Source: Coprobacillaceae bacterium (GTDB lineage: Bacteria; Bacillota_I; Bacilli_A; Erysipelotrichales; Coprobacillaceae). Taken from it: a stretch of 32,000 nucleotides of DNA. The first letter of the stretch is position 1, and each line of letters opens with the position of its first letter. The translations under genes were made by a program, and so were the position numbers. Shown one piece after another: positions 8,225 to 15,599 of the stretch. The notes beneath the pieces were generated by a model. That model was not told where the DNA came from, made no database searches, and worked only from the letters and a program-made list of their open reading frames with translations. The stretch spans positions 2,160,001 through 2,192,000 of the forward strand of contig OY776328.1 of the NCBI GenBank assembly GCA_963675515.1, read 5' to 3'.

Positions 8225-9742
8225 TTATTTTAATAATGATTCGCCATCCATTTCTTCAGGGATCTCAACCCCTAAAAGTTTCAGGATTGTCGGCGCCAAA
8301 TCACCTAATTTACCTTCATCTTTGAGTTCGAGATGAGTGTTGGTCACAATCAATGGAACCGGGTTGGTAGTATGAGCGGTAAACGGATTGTTGTCTTCAT
8401 CAAGCAACATTTCCGCATTACCATGGTCGGCAGTGATAAGCATTGTACCATGGAGTGACGCGACTTTGTCGTACACTTTTCCGACGCATTCATCGACAAC
8501 GCTCACGGCCTTGATCGCAGCTGATACGCCACCGGTATGTCCTACCATGTCGCAGTTTGCGAAGTTGACGATGACAACATCATGGATGTCCTTGTCAAGT
8601 TCTTCAAGCAGTTTTTCAGTCACTTCATAAGCCGACATTTCGGGTTGCAGATCGTATGTCGCAACTTTAGGCGAGTTCACCAGGACCCGGGTAGAACCTT
8701 CGATTTCCTTGTCAACCCCACCGTCAAAGAAGAATGTAACGTGGGCGTATTTTTCAGTTTCCGCGATCCGCAATTGCTTTAATCCTTTTTTCGCCAGGTA
8801 ATCACCCAAAGTGTTGTTAAGCACTGGAAGAGCGAAAGCGACTTCACCTTTTACGGTGTCCGCATATTTCATCATGCAAACGAAAGTCAGGTCCGCCGGC
8901 ACGTTTTTGTATTCGTAATCGTAAGCCCCATCGTTAGTCAGGACTGTCGCGATCTGGATGGCGCGGTCAGGTCTGAAGTTGGCGAAGATCACCGAATCGT
9001 TGGCTTTGATCTGCCCGGCAACCGAAGAGTTGTATCCTGGAATGACAAATTCATCCAAGACATCTTTCGCATAAGAATCCTGAACGAAGGCGACTGGGTC
9101 TGTGAATGATGCACCTTCATGGTTTACCATCGCATTGAAAGCCAGTTCCACGCGGTCGAAACGTTTGTCACGGTCCATCGCATAGTAACGTCCTGAAATC
9201 GAAGCCACTTGCCCGATTCCGATTTCTTCCATCTTGGCAACAAGCTGTTCAACGAACATCGCCCCTGAATCAGGAGCAACGTCACGTCCGTCAAGGAAGG
9301 CATGGACGAAAACATCTTTCACTCCCGCATCTTTGGCAGCCTGAAGCAATGCGTAGATATGTTCGTTAGAAGAGTGGACCCCACCGTCAGAAAGCAATCC
9401 CATGATATGCAATGCCGCATTGTTGGCTTTGGCGTTGTCGAATGCCGCCACGAACTTTTCGTTTTGAGCGAATTCTCCGTCCTTGATTTTCTTGTTGATC
9501 AAAGTCAGTGATTGATAAACAACCCGTCCGGCTCCAAGATTGAGATGGCCAACTTCCGAGTTACCCATTTGGCCTTCAGGCAATCCCACTTCCTCACCGC
9601 TGGCATGCAGGGTAACTGTCGGGTATATTGTCATCAAATCATCTAAGTTAGGTGTATTTGCCAGTTTGACTGCATTGCCATCAATGCGGGTAGCCAAACC
9701 GTATCCATCCATAATACATAATACTATCGGTCTTTTTTTCAT
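8225..9742 (-). CDS. gpmI: 2,3-bisphosphoglycerate-independent phosphoglycerate mutase
   Basis: 505 aa. Motifs seen: VLCIMDGYG, GNSEVGHLNLGAGR, and ADHGNAE near the C-terminus. RBS GGAGG lies upstream. Confidence 0.95.
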   Translation of the reverse strand: MKKRPIVLCIMDGYGLATRIDGNAVKLANTPNLDDLMTIYPTVTLHASGEEVGLPEGQMGNSEVGHLNLGAGRVVYQSLTLINKKIKDGEFAQNEKFVAAFDNAKANNAALHIMGLLSDGGVHSSNEHIYALLQAAKDAGVKDVFVHAFLDGRDVAPDSGAMFVEQLVAKMEEIGIGQVASISGRYYAMDRDKRFDRVELAFNAMVNHEGASFTDPVAFVQDSYAKDVLDEFVIPGYNSSVAGQIKANDSVIFANFRPDRAIQIATVLTNDGAYDYEYKNVPADLTFVCMMKYADTVKGEVAFALPVLNNTLGDYLAKKGLKQLRIAETEKYAHVTFFFDGGVDKEIEGSTRVLVNSPKVATYDLQPEMSAYEVTEKLLEELDKDIHDVVIVNFANCDMVGHTGGVSAAIKAVSVVDECVGKVYDKVASLHGTMLITADHGNAEMLLDEDNNPFTAHTTNPVPLIVTNTHLELKDEGKLGDLAPTILKLLGVEIPEEMDGESLLK

Positions 9743-9770
9743 TTACTGATCCTCCAAATTTTTCTAGTAA

Positions 9771-9799
9771 ATGATACCATTAAATCTCCCTATTTTCAA
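9771..9799 (-). promoter_or_regulatory. Candidate promoter for gpmI
   Basis: The minus strand reads TTGAAA (9799-9794), 17 nt spacer, TGgTATCAT (extended -10, 9779-9771). Confidence 0.4.
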
Positions 9800-9889
9800 A
9801 CTTTTTATCCAAATATTCAAAAAATGTCGCACCCTGTTTGGCCATTTCCAAATTATCCACAATAGTTTCCAAATCAATACAATCTTGAC

Positions 9890-9918
9890 TTGACTTTTGG
9901 GCTTAACCAATATACTAT
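9890..9918 (+). promoter_or_regulatory. Candidate promoter of the que operon
   Basis: TTGACT occurs twice (9885-9890 and 9890-9895). The -10 is TATACT (9911-9916) or TACTAT (9913-9918, 17 nt spacing). The predicted transcription start falls just before the riboswitch stem. Confidence 0.45.
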
Positions 9919-9925
9919 AGCAGTA

Positions 9926-9963
9926 GACAGTTCGTTTGCACCATCCTGTCGTAAAACAAAACT
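9926..9963 (+). promoter_or_regulatory. preQ1-I riboswitch aptamer
   Basis: P1 stem is GACAG (9926-9930) pairing with CUGUC (9946-9950). The loop begins UUCG and contains ACCAUC. The A-rich tail is GUAAAACAAAAC. Loop GUUU can pair with tail AAAC to form the P2 pseudoknot. It lies directly upstream of queD, and the layout matches the B. subtilis and Fusobacterium preQ1-I examples as I remember them. Confidence 0.7.
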
Positions 9964-9993
9964 CGGGCTTGTTTTTTCGTCATGGAAAAACTT

Positions 9994-10017
9994 GCGGCCC
10001 GGAATGGCTGCTTTTTT
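9994..10017 (+). terminator. Riboswitch expression-platform terminator
   Basis: GCGGCC (9994-9999), loop CGGAAT, GGCTGC (10006-10011, one G-U pair), TTTTTT (10012-10017), 18 nt before the queD ATG. CGGGC (9964-9968) can alternatively pair with GCCCG (9997-10001), which would act as a possible antiterminator. Confidence 0.55.
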
Positions 10018-10034
10018 CATGTAAAGGAGAATAT

Positions 10035-10451
10035 ATGTACTATCTAACAGTAGAAACAACACTTGATGCCGCCCATTTTTTAAGCGGCTACCAAGGCAAA
10101 TGTCAGAATATCCATGGCCACCAATGGAAAATCATCGTGACCATAAAATCGGAAGAATTGATCGAGGAAGGACCCTGTACCGACATGGTCATCGATTTCA
10201 AGGCGCTCAAGGCCATCGTCAATGAGGAAGTCGATTATTTCGACCACAGCCTGATTATCAAAAAAGGCAGCCTCGACGAAAACGCGCTTAAGAGCCTGTC
10301 AAACTTCCTGATCCGCGAGCTTGACTTCCAGCCGACCGCGGAACGGCTGGCTTACTACTTCTTTAAGAAGATCAAAAGCCACGGCCTCGATGTCGACCAG
10401 GTGGCGATTTACGAGACACCGGTCAACCAGGCCATCTACAGGGAGGCCTGA
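10035..10451 (+). CDS. queD: 6-carboxy-5,6,7,8-tetrahydropterin synthase
   Basis: Motifs AAHFL, CQNIHGHQW and ETP near the C-terminus. RBS AAAGGAG precedes ATG 10035. The ORF-track 5' extension (9936-10034) covers the riboswitch leader. Confidence 0.9.
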   Translation: MYYLTVETTLDAAHFLSGYQGKCQNIHGHQWKIIVTIKSEELIEEGPCTDMVIDFKALKAIVNEEVDYFDHSLIIKKGSLDENALKSLSNFLIRELDFQPTAERLAYYFFKKIKSHGLDVDQVAIYETPVNQAIYREA

Positions 10452-10453
10452 TT

Positions 10454-11134
10454 ATGGCGATCACCTATCCGGTAGTTGAAAAATTCATATCGATCAACGG
10501 CGAAGGGTTATTTCAGGGTTATCCGGCGGTGTTCATCCGTTTTGCCGGATGCAACCTTGCCTGCAGTTACTGCGACACCCTCTACGCCAACAAGTTGGAG
10601 TGCGCCACCGAGCAAATCACGGCAGAGCAATTGAAAGACTACGTGGCAAATTCGAAAGTGGACCATGTGACCCTGACCGGGGGCGAACCCCTGCTCCAGG
10701 ACAACCTCGAACACCTGTTCGACCAGTTCAAGGATACCGGATGCACGATTGAAATCGAGACAAACGGCTCGATGGCGATCGATGATCTGGCTGCTTACCG
10801 CCAAAAAAACAATGTTCCCATCATCTTCACGCTCGATTACAAGCTGCCAGGCAGCCTGATGGAACAGCACAACCGGACTGAAAACTACAGACATCTGACC
10901 AAGGCTGATGCCGTGAAATTCGTGATCGGCAGTTTCGAGGATTTCCTTAAAGCCTGTGAGATCGTGAACACGCATGATCTTCCAACGAAGACCAACGTGA
11001 TCTTCTCGCCGGTCTACGGCCAGGTGGAAACATCGAACCTGGTGGAGTGGCTGCTTGAAAGAGGAATGATGAAAATTAAAGTCCAGCTGCAGATCCACAA
11101 ATATATATGGAATCCCCAATCAAAAGGAGTATGA
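10454..11134 (+). CDS. queE: 7-carboxy-7-deazaguanine synthase (radical SAM)
   Basis: [16 protein letters not shown] carries the CxxxCxxC cluster, with LTGGEPLLQ also present. It is positioned between queD and folE. Confidence 0.9.
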   Translation: MAITYPVVEKFISINGEGLFQGYPAVFIRFAGCNLACSYCDTLYANKLECATEQITAEQLKDYVANSKVDHVTLTGGEPLLQDNLEHLFDQFKDTGCTIEIETNGSMAIDDLAAYRQKNNVPIIFTLDYKLPGSLMEQHNRTENYRHLTKADAVKFVIGSFEDFLKACEIVNTHDLPTKTNVIFSPVYGQVETSNLVEWLLERGMMKIKVQLQIHKYIWNPQSKGV

Positions 11135-11136
11135 CA

Positions 11137-11724
11137 ATGGCAATCGACCAGGAAAAAATAGAATACCACATCAAAGGCCTGCTTGAAGCGATCGGTGAAG
11201 ACCCCGAGCGCGAAGGTCTCAAGGAGACCCCGCAGCGGGTGGCCAAAATGTACAGCGAAGTCTTCGAGGGCATCAACTACACCAACGAACAGATCGCAGA
11301 CATGTTCAACAAGACGTTCAGTGATGACCTTGACCTGACAACAGCCCAGGACATGGTCATCGTCAAGGACATCTCGGCGTTCAGTTACTGCGAGCATCAT
11401 CTTGCGCTGATGTATGACATGCAGATCGCCGTTGGCTATATTCCTTGCGGCAAGGTCATCGGGCTATCCAAAATCGCCCGGATCGTCGACATGGCCTGCA
11501 AGAGGCTCCAGCTTCAAGAGCGCATCGGATCGGACATCGCTTCGATCATCACGATGGTCACCGGAAGCGAAGACGTGGCTGTGGCCATCAAGGGCAGCCA
11601 CAGCTGCATGACCGCCCGGGGCATCGGCAATGTCACCAGCACAACAATAACCAACACCTGGCGGGGCGTTTTCCAGGATGACTCCAACAGCCAGTTAAAA
11701 TTCTTGATGGAAATCCAGAGGTGA
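11137..11724 (+). CDS. folE: GTP cyclohydrolase I
   Basis: Motifs [21 protein letters not shown] and [11 protein letters not shown]. Start chosen at ATG 11137, 7 nt after AGGAG (11125-11129). Confidence 0.9.
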   Translation: MAIDQEKIEYHIKGLLEAIGEDPEREGLKETPQRVAKMYSEVFEGINYTNEQIADMFNKTFSDDLDLTTAQDMVIVKDISAFSYCEHHLALMYDMQIAVGYIPCGKVIGLSKIARIVDMACKRLQLQERIGSDIASIITMVTGSEDVAVAIKGSHSCMTARGIGNVTSTTITNTWRGVFQDDSNSQLKFLMEIQR

Positions 11725-11729
11725 TCAAT

Positions 11730-12434
11730 ATGACAAAAGTAATGGTACTTTCCAGCGGCGGCATCGATTCGACAACGTGCATCGCCCTGGCAATCGACAA
11801 ATACGACAAAGACAACGTGGTCTCGCTTAGCATCTGGTATGGCCAGAAGCACGACCGCGAGATCGAGGCAGCTAAAAAAGTTGCGGCATACTATGGGATC
11901 GAACATCGTCAGCTAGATCTCACCTTGATCTTCAAAAACAGCGACTGTTCCCTGCTCAAGGGTTCATCACAGGATATCCCCGAGGAATCTTATGCCAGCC
12001 AGCTGGCCAAGGCTGATGGCAAACCGGTTTCGACCTACGTGCCTTTTCGCAACGGGCTGTTCCTTTCATCGGCCGCTTCACTCGCACTTATCGACGGGTG
12101 CTCGATCATCTACTATGGAGCCCACCAGGACGATGCCAGCGGCGACGCCTATCCCGACTGTTCCGACGCCTTCAACCAGGCCATGAATCAGGCGATCTGG
12201 ATTGGCAGTGGCAAACAGGTTGCCATCGAGGCGCCATTTGTGGCCAACACCAAAGAGGAAGTTGTCAAGCTGGGACTGGAGCTCAAGGCTCCATACCATC
12301 TGACTTACAGCTGCTACCAGGGCGGGGCCATCCCTTGTGGGAAATGTGGCACCTGCATCCAGCGAGCGGAGGCCTTCGCCGCAAACAACACCGCAGACCC
12401 TGCGCTTACAGGAGAATATAATGAATCAATCTAA
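11730..12434 (+). CDS. queC: 7-cyano-7-deazaguanine synthase
   Basis: [12 protein letters not shown] is the PP-loop, and the C-terminal Zn cluster is SCYQG...CGKCGTC. The ATG at 11730 follows RBS AGAGGTG. Confidence 0.9.
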   Translation: MTKVMVLSSGGIDSTTCIALAIDKYDKDNVVSLSIWYGQKHDREIEAAKKVAAYYGIEHRQLDLTLIFKNSDCSLLKGSSQDIPEESYASQLAKADGKPVSTYVPFRNGLFLSSAASLALIDGCSIIYYGAHQDDASGDAYPDCSDAFNQAMNQAIWIGSGKQVAIEAPFVANTKEEVVKLGLELKAPYHLTYSCYQGGAIPCGKCGTCIQRAEAFAANNTADPALTGEYNESI

Positions 12435-12915
12435 CCGCACCGACGCCAACCTCTTTCTTCTTGGCAACCAGAACACATCTTATCCGACCAGCTATGACCC
12501 GGACGTGCTCGAGTCGTTCGACAACAAGCACCCTGGCAATGACTACTTCGTCAAGTTCAACTGTCCCGAGTTCACCAGCCTTTGCCCGATCACGAATCAG
12601 CCAGATTTCGCGACGATCTACATCTCTTATGTGCCAAACATCAAGATGGTGGAAAGCAAATCGCTCAAACTCTATCTATTCTCATTCCGCAACCATGGCG
12701 ACTTCCATGAAGACTGCATCAACATCATCATGAAAGACCTCATCAGCCTGCTCGACCCGAAATACATCGAGGTCTGGGGCAAGTTCACTCCAAGAGGGGG
12801 AATCTCGATCGACCCTTATGTCAACTATGGCAAACCAGGCACGCCTTGGCACCAGGTTGCTTTCAACCGGATGTCCAACCATGACATGTATCCCGAAAAA
12901 ATCGACAACAGATAA
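12421..12915 (+). CDS. queF: NADPH-dependent 7-cyano-7-deazaguanine reductase (type I)
   Basis: 164 aa. Motifs [13 protein letters not shown] (catalytic Cys) and [16 protein letters not shown] (QueF motif). ATG 12421 follows AGGAG and overlaps queC by 14 nt. Confidence 0.9.
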   Translation: MNQSNRTDANLFLLGNQNTSYPTSYDPDVLESFDNKHPGNDYFVKFNCPEFTSLCPITNQPDFATIYISYVPNIKMVESKSLKLYLFSFRNHGDFHEDCINIIMKDLISLLDPKYIEVWGKFTPRGGISIDPYVNYGKPGTPWHQVAFNRMSNHDMYPEKIDNR

Positions 12916-12919
12916 TATG

Positions 12920-12948
12920 AAAAAACGTCCATGATCTGGACGTTTTTT
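12920..12948. terminator. Bidirectional rho-independent terminator (que operon / ftsEX operon)
   Basis: AAAAAACGTCCA (12920-12931), loop TGATC, TGGACGTTTTTT (12937-12948). This is a perfect 12-bp arm pair including the A and T tracts. Confidence 0.8.
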
Positions 12949-13331
12949 CAATTATCGATGAATTTTCGCGCGTATCGAAGCAGCACCGAGACCCGGACTT
13001 CCTCGTAGCCCTGGTGCGAATGGACCTGGATCACATCCTGGTTGACCATTTCGAACCGGTTGGCATGGATGATCGAATTGATATCCTCGCGGATATCCCG
13101 CTCCAGCCGGATAAAGCTGTTTTCATGCATCTTGCGCAGCACAATGCTAAGGCAAGCCAAAGCCAGCTCGAGATCGACCTGGCTGGAGATCAGGTCTTTT
13201 TTGAGATACTCCTGGTCGATATTCTCATAGGTCGGCAGCTTCATGATCTTGTTCAAGACTGTCTGGACCGAGATTATTTCATGTTCGAGCTGCTCCTGGT
13301 AGCAGCGTCGCTTGATGGTACGCTTGCTCAT
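12948..13331 (-). CDS. Hypothetical 127-aa soluble protein, translationally coupled to ftsX
   Basis: Its ATG shares one nucleotide with the ftsX stop (TAATG at 13329-13333). It has no TM segment or signal peptide and its composition looks helical. It ends at the operon terminator. I recognise no family. Confidence 0.6.
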   Translation of the reverse strand: MSKRTIKRRCYQEQLEHEIISVQTVLNKIMKLPTYENIDQEYLKKDLISSQVDLELALACLSIVLRKMHENSFIRLERDIREDINSIIHANRFEMVNQDVIQVHSHQGYEEVRVSVLLRYARKFIDN

Positions 13332-14242
13332 TAGAACTTCAAATAGCGACGGATCGAGATGAACGATCCGATCAGTCCGACCCCGGCTCCAAGGCCAACC
13401 AGGGCCTCAACGAGCTGGGCGATCACTGCGCTTGGAGGCACAAGTGAAAGCATCTGGGTCACGACCATTCCGTTGGTCACATTGTAGATGTAGTCATAGC
13501 CATAGAAAAGCATGATACAAGGCAGCAGCGCCCCGACCAGTCCGATAATCATTCCTTCAAGCATGAACGGAACCCGGATATACCAGTTGCTTGCCCCGAC
13601 CATCCTCATGATTGAAATTTCGGTCTTGCGGGTGTCGATTGTTATCTTGACCGTGTTGGCAATCATGAAAAGGGCGATAACTCCCAAGGCTACAACGAAG
13701 ATGGTTCCTCCGTTGCGCACGGTATTGAGCGTCTTGATCAGGTCGGTAGTCGAGTTGCCGCCGAAATCGACAGTGTTGACATTTTCGATAGCGGTGATTT
13801 CTTCAGCCGTAGCCTGGATCAAAGCCGGATTGGTTACCGTAACGGTATAGGCCGCTCCCAGCGGGTTGTCTTCACGGTAGCTTTCAAAAAGAGCCGCTCC
13901 AGCTTCCCCTTGGGATTCGATCAGCCGGTCAAGCTCGTCGCTTTTAGATGAGTATTCGACATTGGCGATATTGTCAAGCTCCTGGATCGCCACACCGACC
14001 TGCTCGGCCTGAGCGTCGTCGATGGTCCGGTCAAGTTTGACGTAGATGCTTATTTCCTCCTCGATCGAGGTGGAAATATCCTGGACATTGAATGCCACCA
14101 GTCCGACGATTCCGATCATCGCCAAGGTGATGGTCACCGCGAAGATCGATGAAAACGACATCACGTTGTTCCTGATTATGTTCTGGACCGCAGTTTTCAT
14201 GTGCCGCGGCAGATTTCTGATTGTACTTATTAATTCACGCAT
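13331..14242 (-). CDS. ftsX: Cell-division ABC transporter permease-like protein FtsX
   Basis: 303 aa. Topology is TM1, an extracellular loop of about 110 aa, then three C-terminal TM helices. It lies immediately downstream of ftsE with a TAATG overlap. Confidence 0.85.
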   Translation of the reverse strand: MRELISTIRNLPRHMKTAVQNIIRNNVMSFSSIFAVTITLAMIGIVGLVAFNVQDISTSIEEEISIYVKLDRTIDDAQAEQVGVAIQELDNIANVEYSSKSDELDRLIESQGEAGAALFESYREDNPLGAAYTVTVTNPALIQATAEEITAIENVNTVDFGGNSTTDLIKTLNTVRNGGTIFVVALGVIALFMIANTVKITIDTRKTEISIMRMVGASNWYIRVPFMLEGMIIGLVGALLPCIMLFYGYDYIYNVTNGMVVTQMLSLVPPSAVIAQLVEALVGLGAGVGLIGSFISIRRYLKF

Positions 14243-14922
14243 TATATTCCATAACCCCCTGTGGTTGTATCGCTGTCAATATATCCATTGTCGATGACGA
14301 TTGTCCTTTTCTTGTTCGATTGGACAATCTCGCGGTCGTGAGTGACAACCAGGACAGTCGTCCCTGTTTCGTTGATCTTCTCGAGCAACTGGATGATCTC
14401 GACCGAAGTGTCCGGATCAAGATTTCCCGTCGGTTCATCCGCGATAAGCAGTTTGGGATGGTTGACAATCGCCCTGGCGATGGCCACCCGCTGCTGCTGT
14501 CCGCCTGAAAGTTCATTCGGGAAGGCATTGATTTTCTCCGACAAGCCGACAAGGTCCAAAGTCTCGCGGACTTTCTTGCGGATTTCATTACGGGGTGTGT
14601 CGATCACTTCAAGGGCGTAAGCCACGTTTTCAAAGATTGTCTTGTTTGGCAACAGCCTGAAATCCTGGAAAACAATGCCGATATTGCGGCGGAAGTAAGG
14701 CACTTTGCGGTTTGGGATCTTCGATACGTCAAGACCGACCACTTCGACCAGGCCGCTGGACGCCTTGATTTCCCGGTACAAAAGCTTGATGAATGTCGAT
14801 TTTCCCGAACCGGTTGTCCCGATTACATATACGAACTCACCAGAGTCGATTGTGAGCGAAATATTATTTAAAGCCCGGATGCCCCGGTGATATGTTTTTG
14901 ATACATTTTCTAATCTGATCAT
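14242..14922 (-). CDS. ftsE: Cell-division ATP-binding protein FtsE
   Basis: Walker A GTTGSGKST, signature LSGGQQQRVAIARA, Walker B LLIADEPTGNLD. 226 aa. Confidence 0.9.
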   Translation of the reverse strand: MIRLENVSKTYHRGIRALNNISLTIDSGEFVYVIGTTGSGKSTFIKLLYREIKASSGLVEVVGLDVSKIPNRKVPYFRRNIGIVFQDFRLLPNKTIFENVAYALEVIDTPRNEIRKKVRETLDLVGLSEKINAFPNELSGGQQQRVAIARAIVNHPKLLIADEPTGNLDPDTSVEIIQLLEKINETGTTVLVVTHDREIVQSNKKRTIVIDNGYIDSDTTTGGYGI

Positions 14923-14949
14923 TGATTGGCTCCTTTTTGTTTCTACACT

Positions 14950-14977
14950 ATTATAACAAATTAATTTTTTCAGACAA
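14950..14977 (-). promoter_or_regulatory. Candidate promoter of the ftsEX operon
   Basis: The minus strand reads TTGTCT (14977-14972), 16 nt spacer, TGTTATAAT (extended -10, 14958-14950). Confidence 0.5.
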
Positions 14978-15034
14978 CAATTTCATCGAGATTTCTTAAT
15001 TTAACACATTTGGACTTAAACCCGGTACTCATTG

Positions 15035-15043
15035 TGATATAAT
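15035..15043 (+). promoter_or_regulatory. Candidate extended -10 promoter of the small Zn-ribbon gene
   Basis: TGATATAAT (TGn + TATAAT) lies 8 nt upstream of RBS AGGAGG (15051-15056). The only -35-like hexamer, TTGGAC at 15010-15015, is badly spaced at 22 nt. Confidence 0.4.
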
Positions 15044-15064
15044 CAAATAAAGGAGGATGCCACC

Positions 15065-15331
15065 ATGGAAAGAAAATGCATCCGCTGCCAGTCTGTCATG
15101 CTAGAAAACTGCCATCTCAAGTTAAACCAGGGGCCATTGCTTCTAAGCCATGAGCTGGTCATCGATCAAAGCGACTACACCAAAACGGTCCATCAGCTAA
15201 AGTGCGCCTATTGCCCAAGCTGCGGCTATGTCGAGACCTACTTCGAACCGGATCAGGTAAAACAGATTGCCCCCCGCAAGGTATCGAACAGCTACAAAGA
15301 ACAGGTGATCGCCAAAAAAAAGCTGAGATAA
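15065..15331 (+). CDS. Hypothetical 88-aa Zn-ribbon protein
   Basis: CIRC...(about 40 aa)...CAYCPSCGY, with a Lys-rich tail. It has a strong RBS, its own promoter-like element and its own terminator. Confidence 0.55.
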   Translation: MERKCIRCQSVMLENCHLKLNQGPLLLSHELVIDQSDYTKTVHQLKCAYCPSCGYVETYFEPDQVKQIAPRKVSNSYKEQVIAKKKLR

Positions 15332-15345
15332 GTCCTCAGCTTTTT
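15314..15345. terminator. Bidirectional rho-independent terminator shared by convergent genes
   Basis: A8, stem AGCTGAG (15321-15327), 7-nt loop, CTCAGCT (15335-15341), T-run. The stop codons of both convergent ORFs (15329-15331 and 15336-15338) lie inside the hairpin. Confidence 0.75.
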
Positions 15346-15596
15346 CGTTGGTGTTCCATGATATTGTTGAATTCCTGTTGCCCTTGAAAGATCCCATAGC
15401 CAACCACCAGGCTGGCAACCAGGAACACTCCCGCCACGATTCCTAGAATTACGACAAGGCTAGAGTTATCGATAAAAGCAAGCAAGGCCAAGACGGCTAT
15501 AAACAAGCCGATCAGACAATCAAGGAGCCACTTTTGCAACCTTGCGATCATGACCCGATGGTAAGTGAGCTTCGCATATGCGCTTAAATGATCCAT
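15336..15596 (-). CDS. Hypothetical 86-aa two-TM membrane protein, last gene of the PTS operon
   Basis: It starts 3 nt after the IID stop codon. It has two hydrophobic helices (LIGLFIAVLALLAFI and VVILGIVAGVFLVASLVVGYGIF). The operon terminator follows it, and there is no obvious RBS. Confidence 0.5.
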   Translation of the reverse strand: MDHLSAYAKLTYHRVMIARLQKWLLDCLIGLFIAVLALLAFIDNSSLVVILGIVAGVFLVASLVVGYGIFQGQQEFNNIMEHQRKS

Positions 15597-15599
15597 ACT

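Noticed and set aside
9936-10034. The 5' extension of the queD ORF in the ORF track (MHHPVVKQNSGLFF...).
   Set aside because: This stretch is the preQ1 riboswitch tail plus its terminator. The conserved QueD sequence starts at ATG 10035 behind AAAGGAG.
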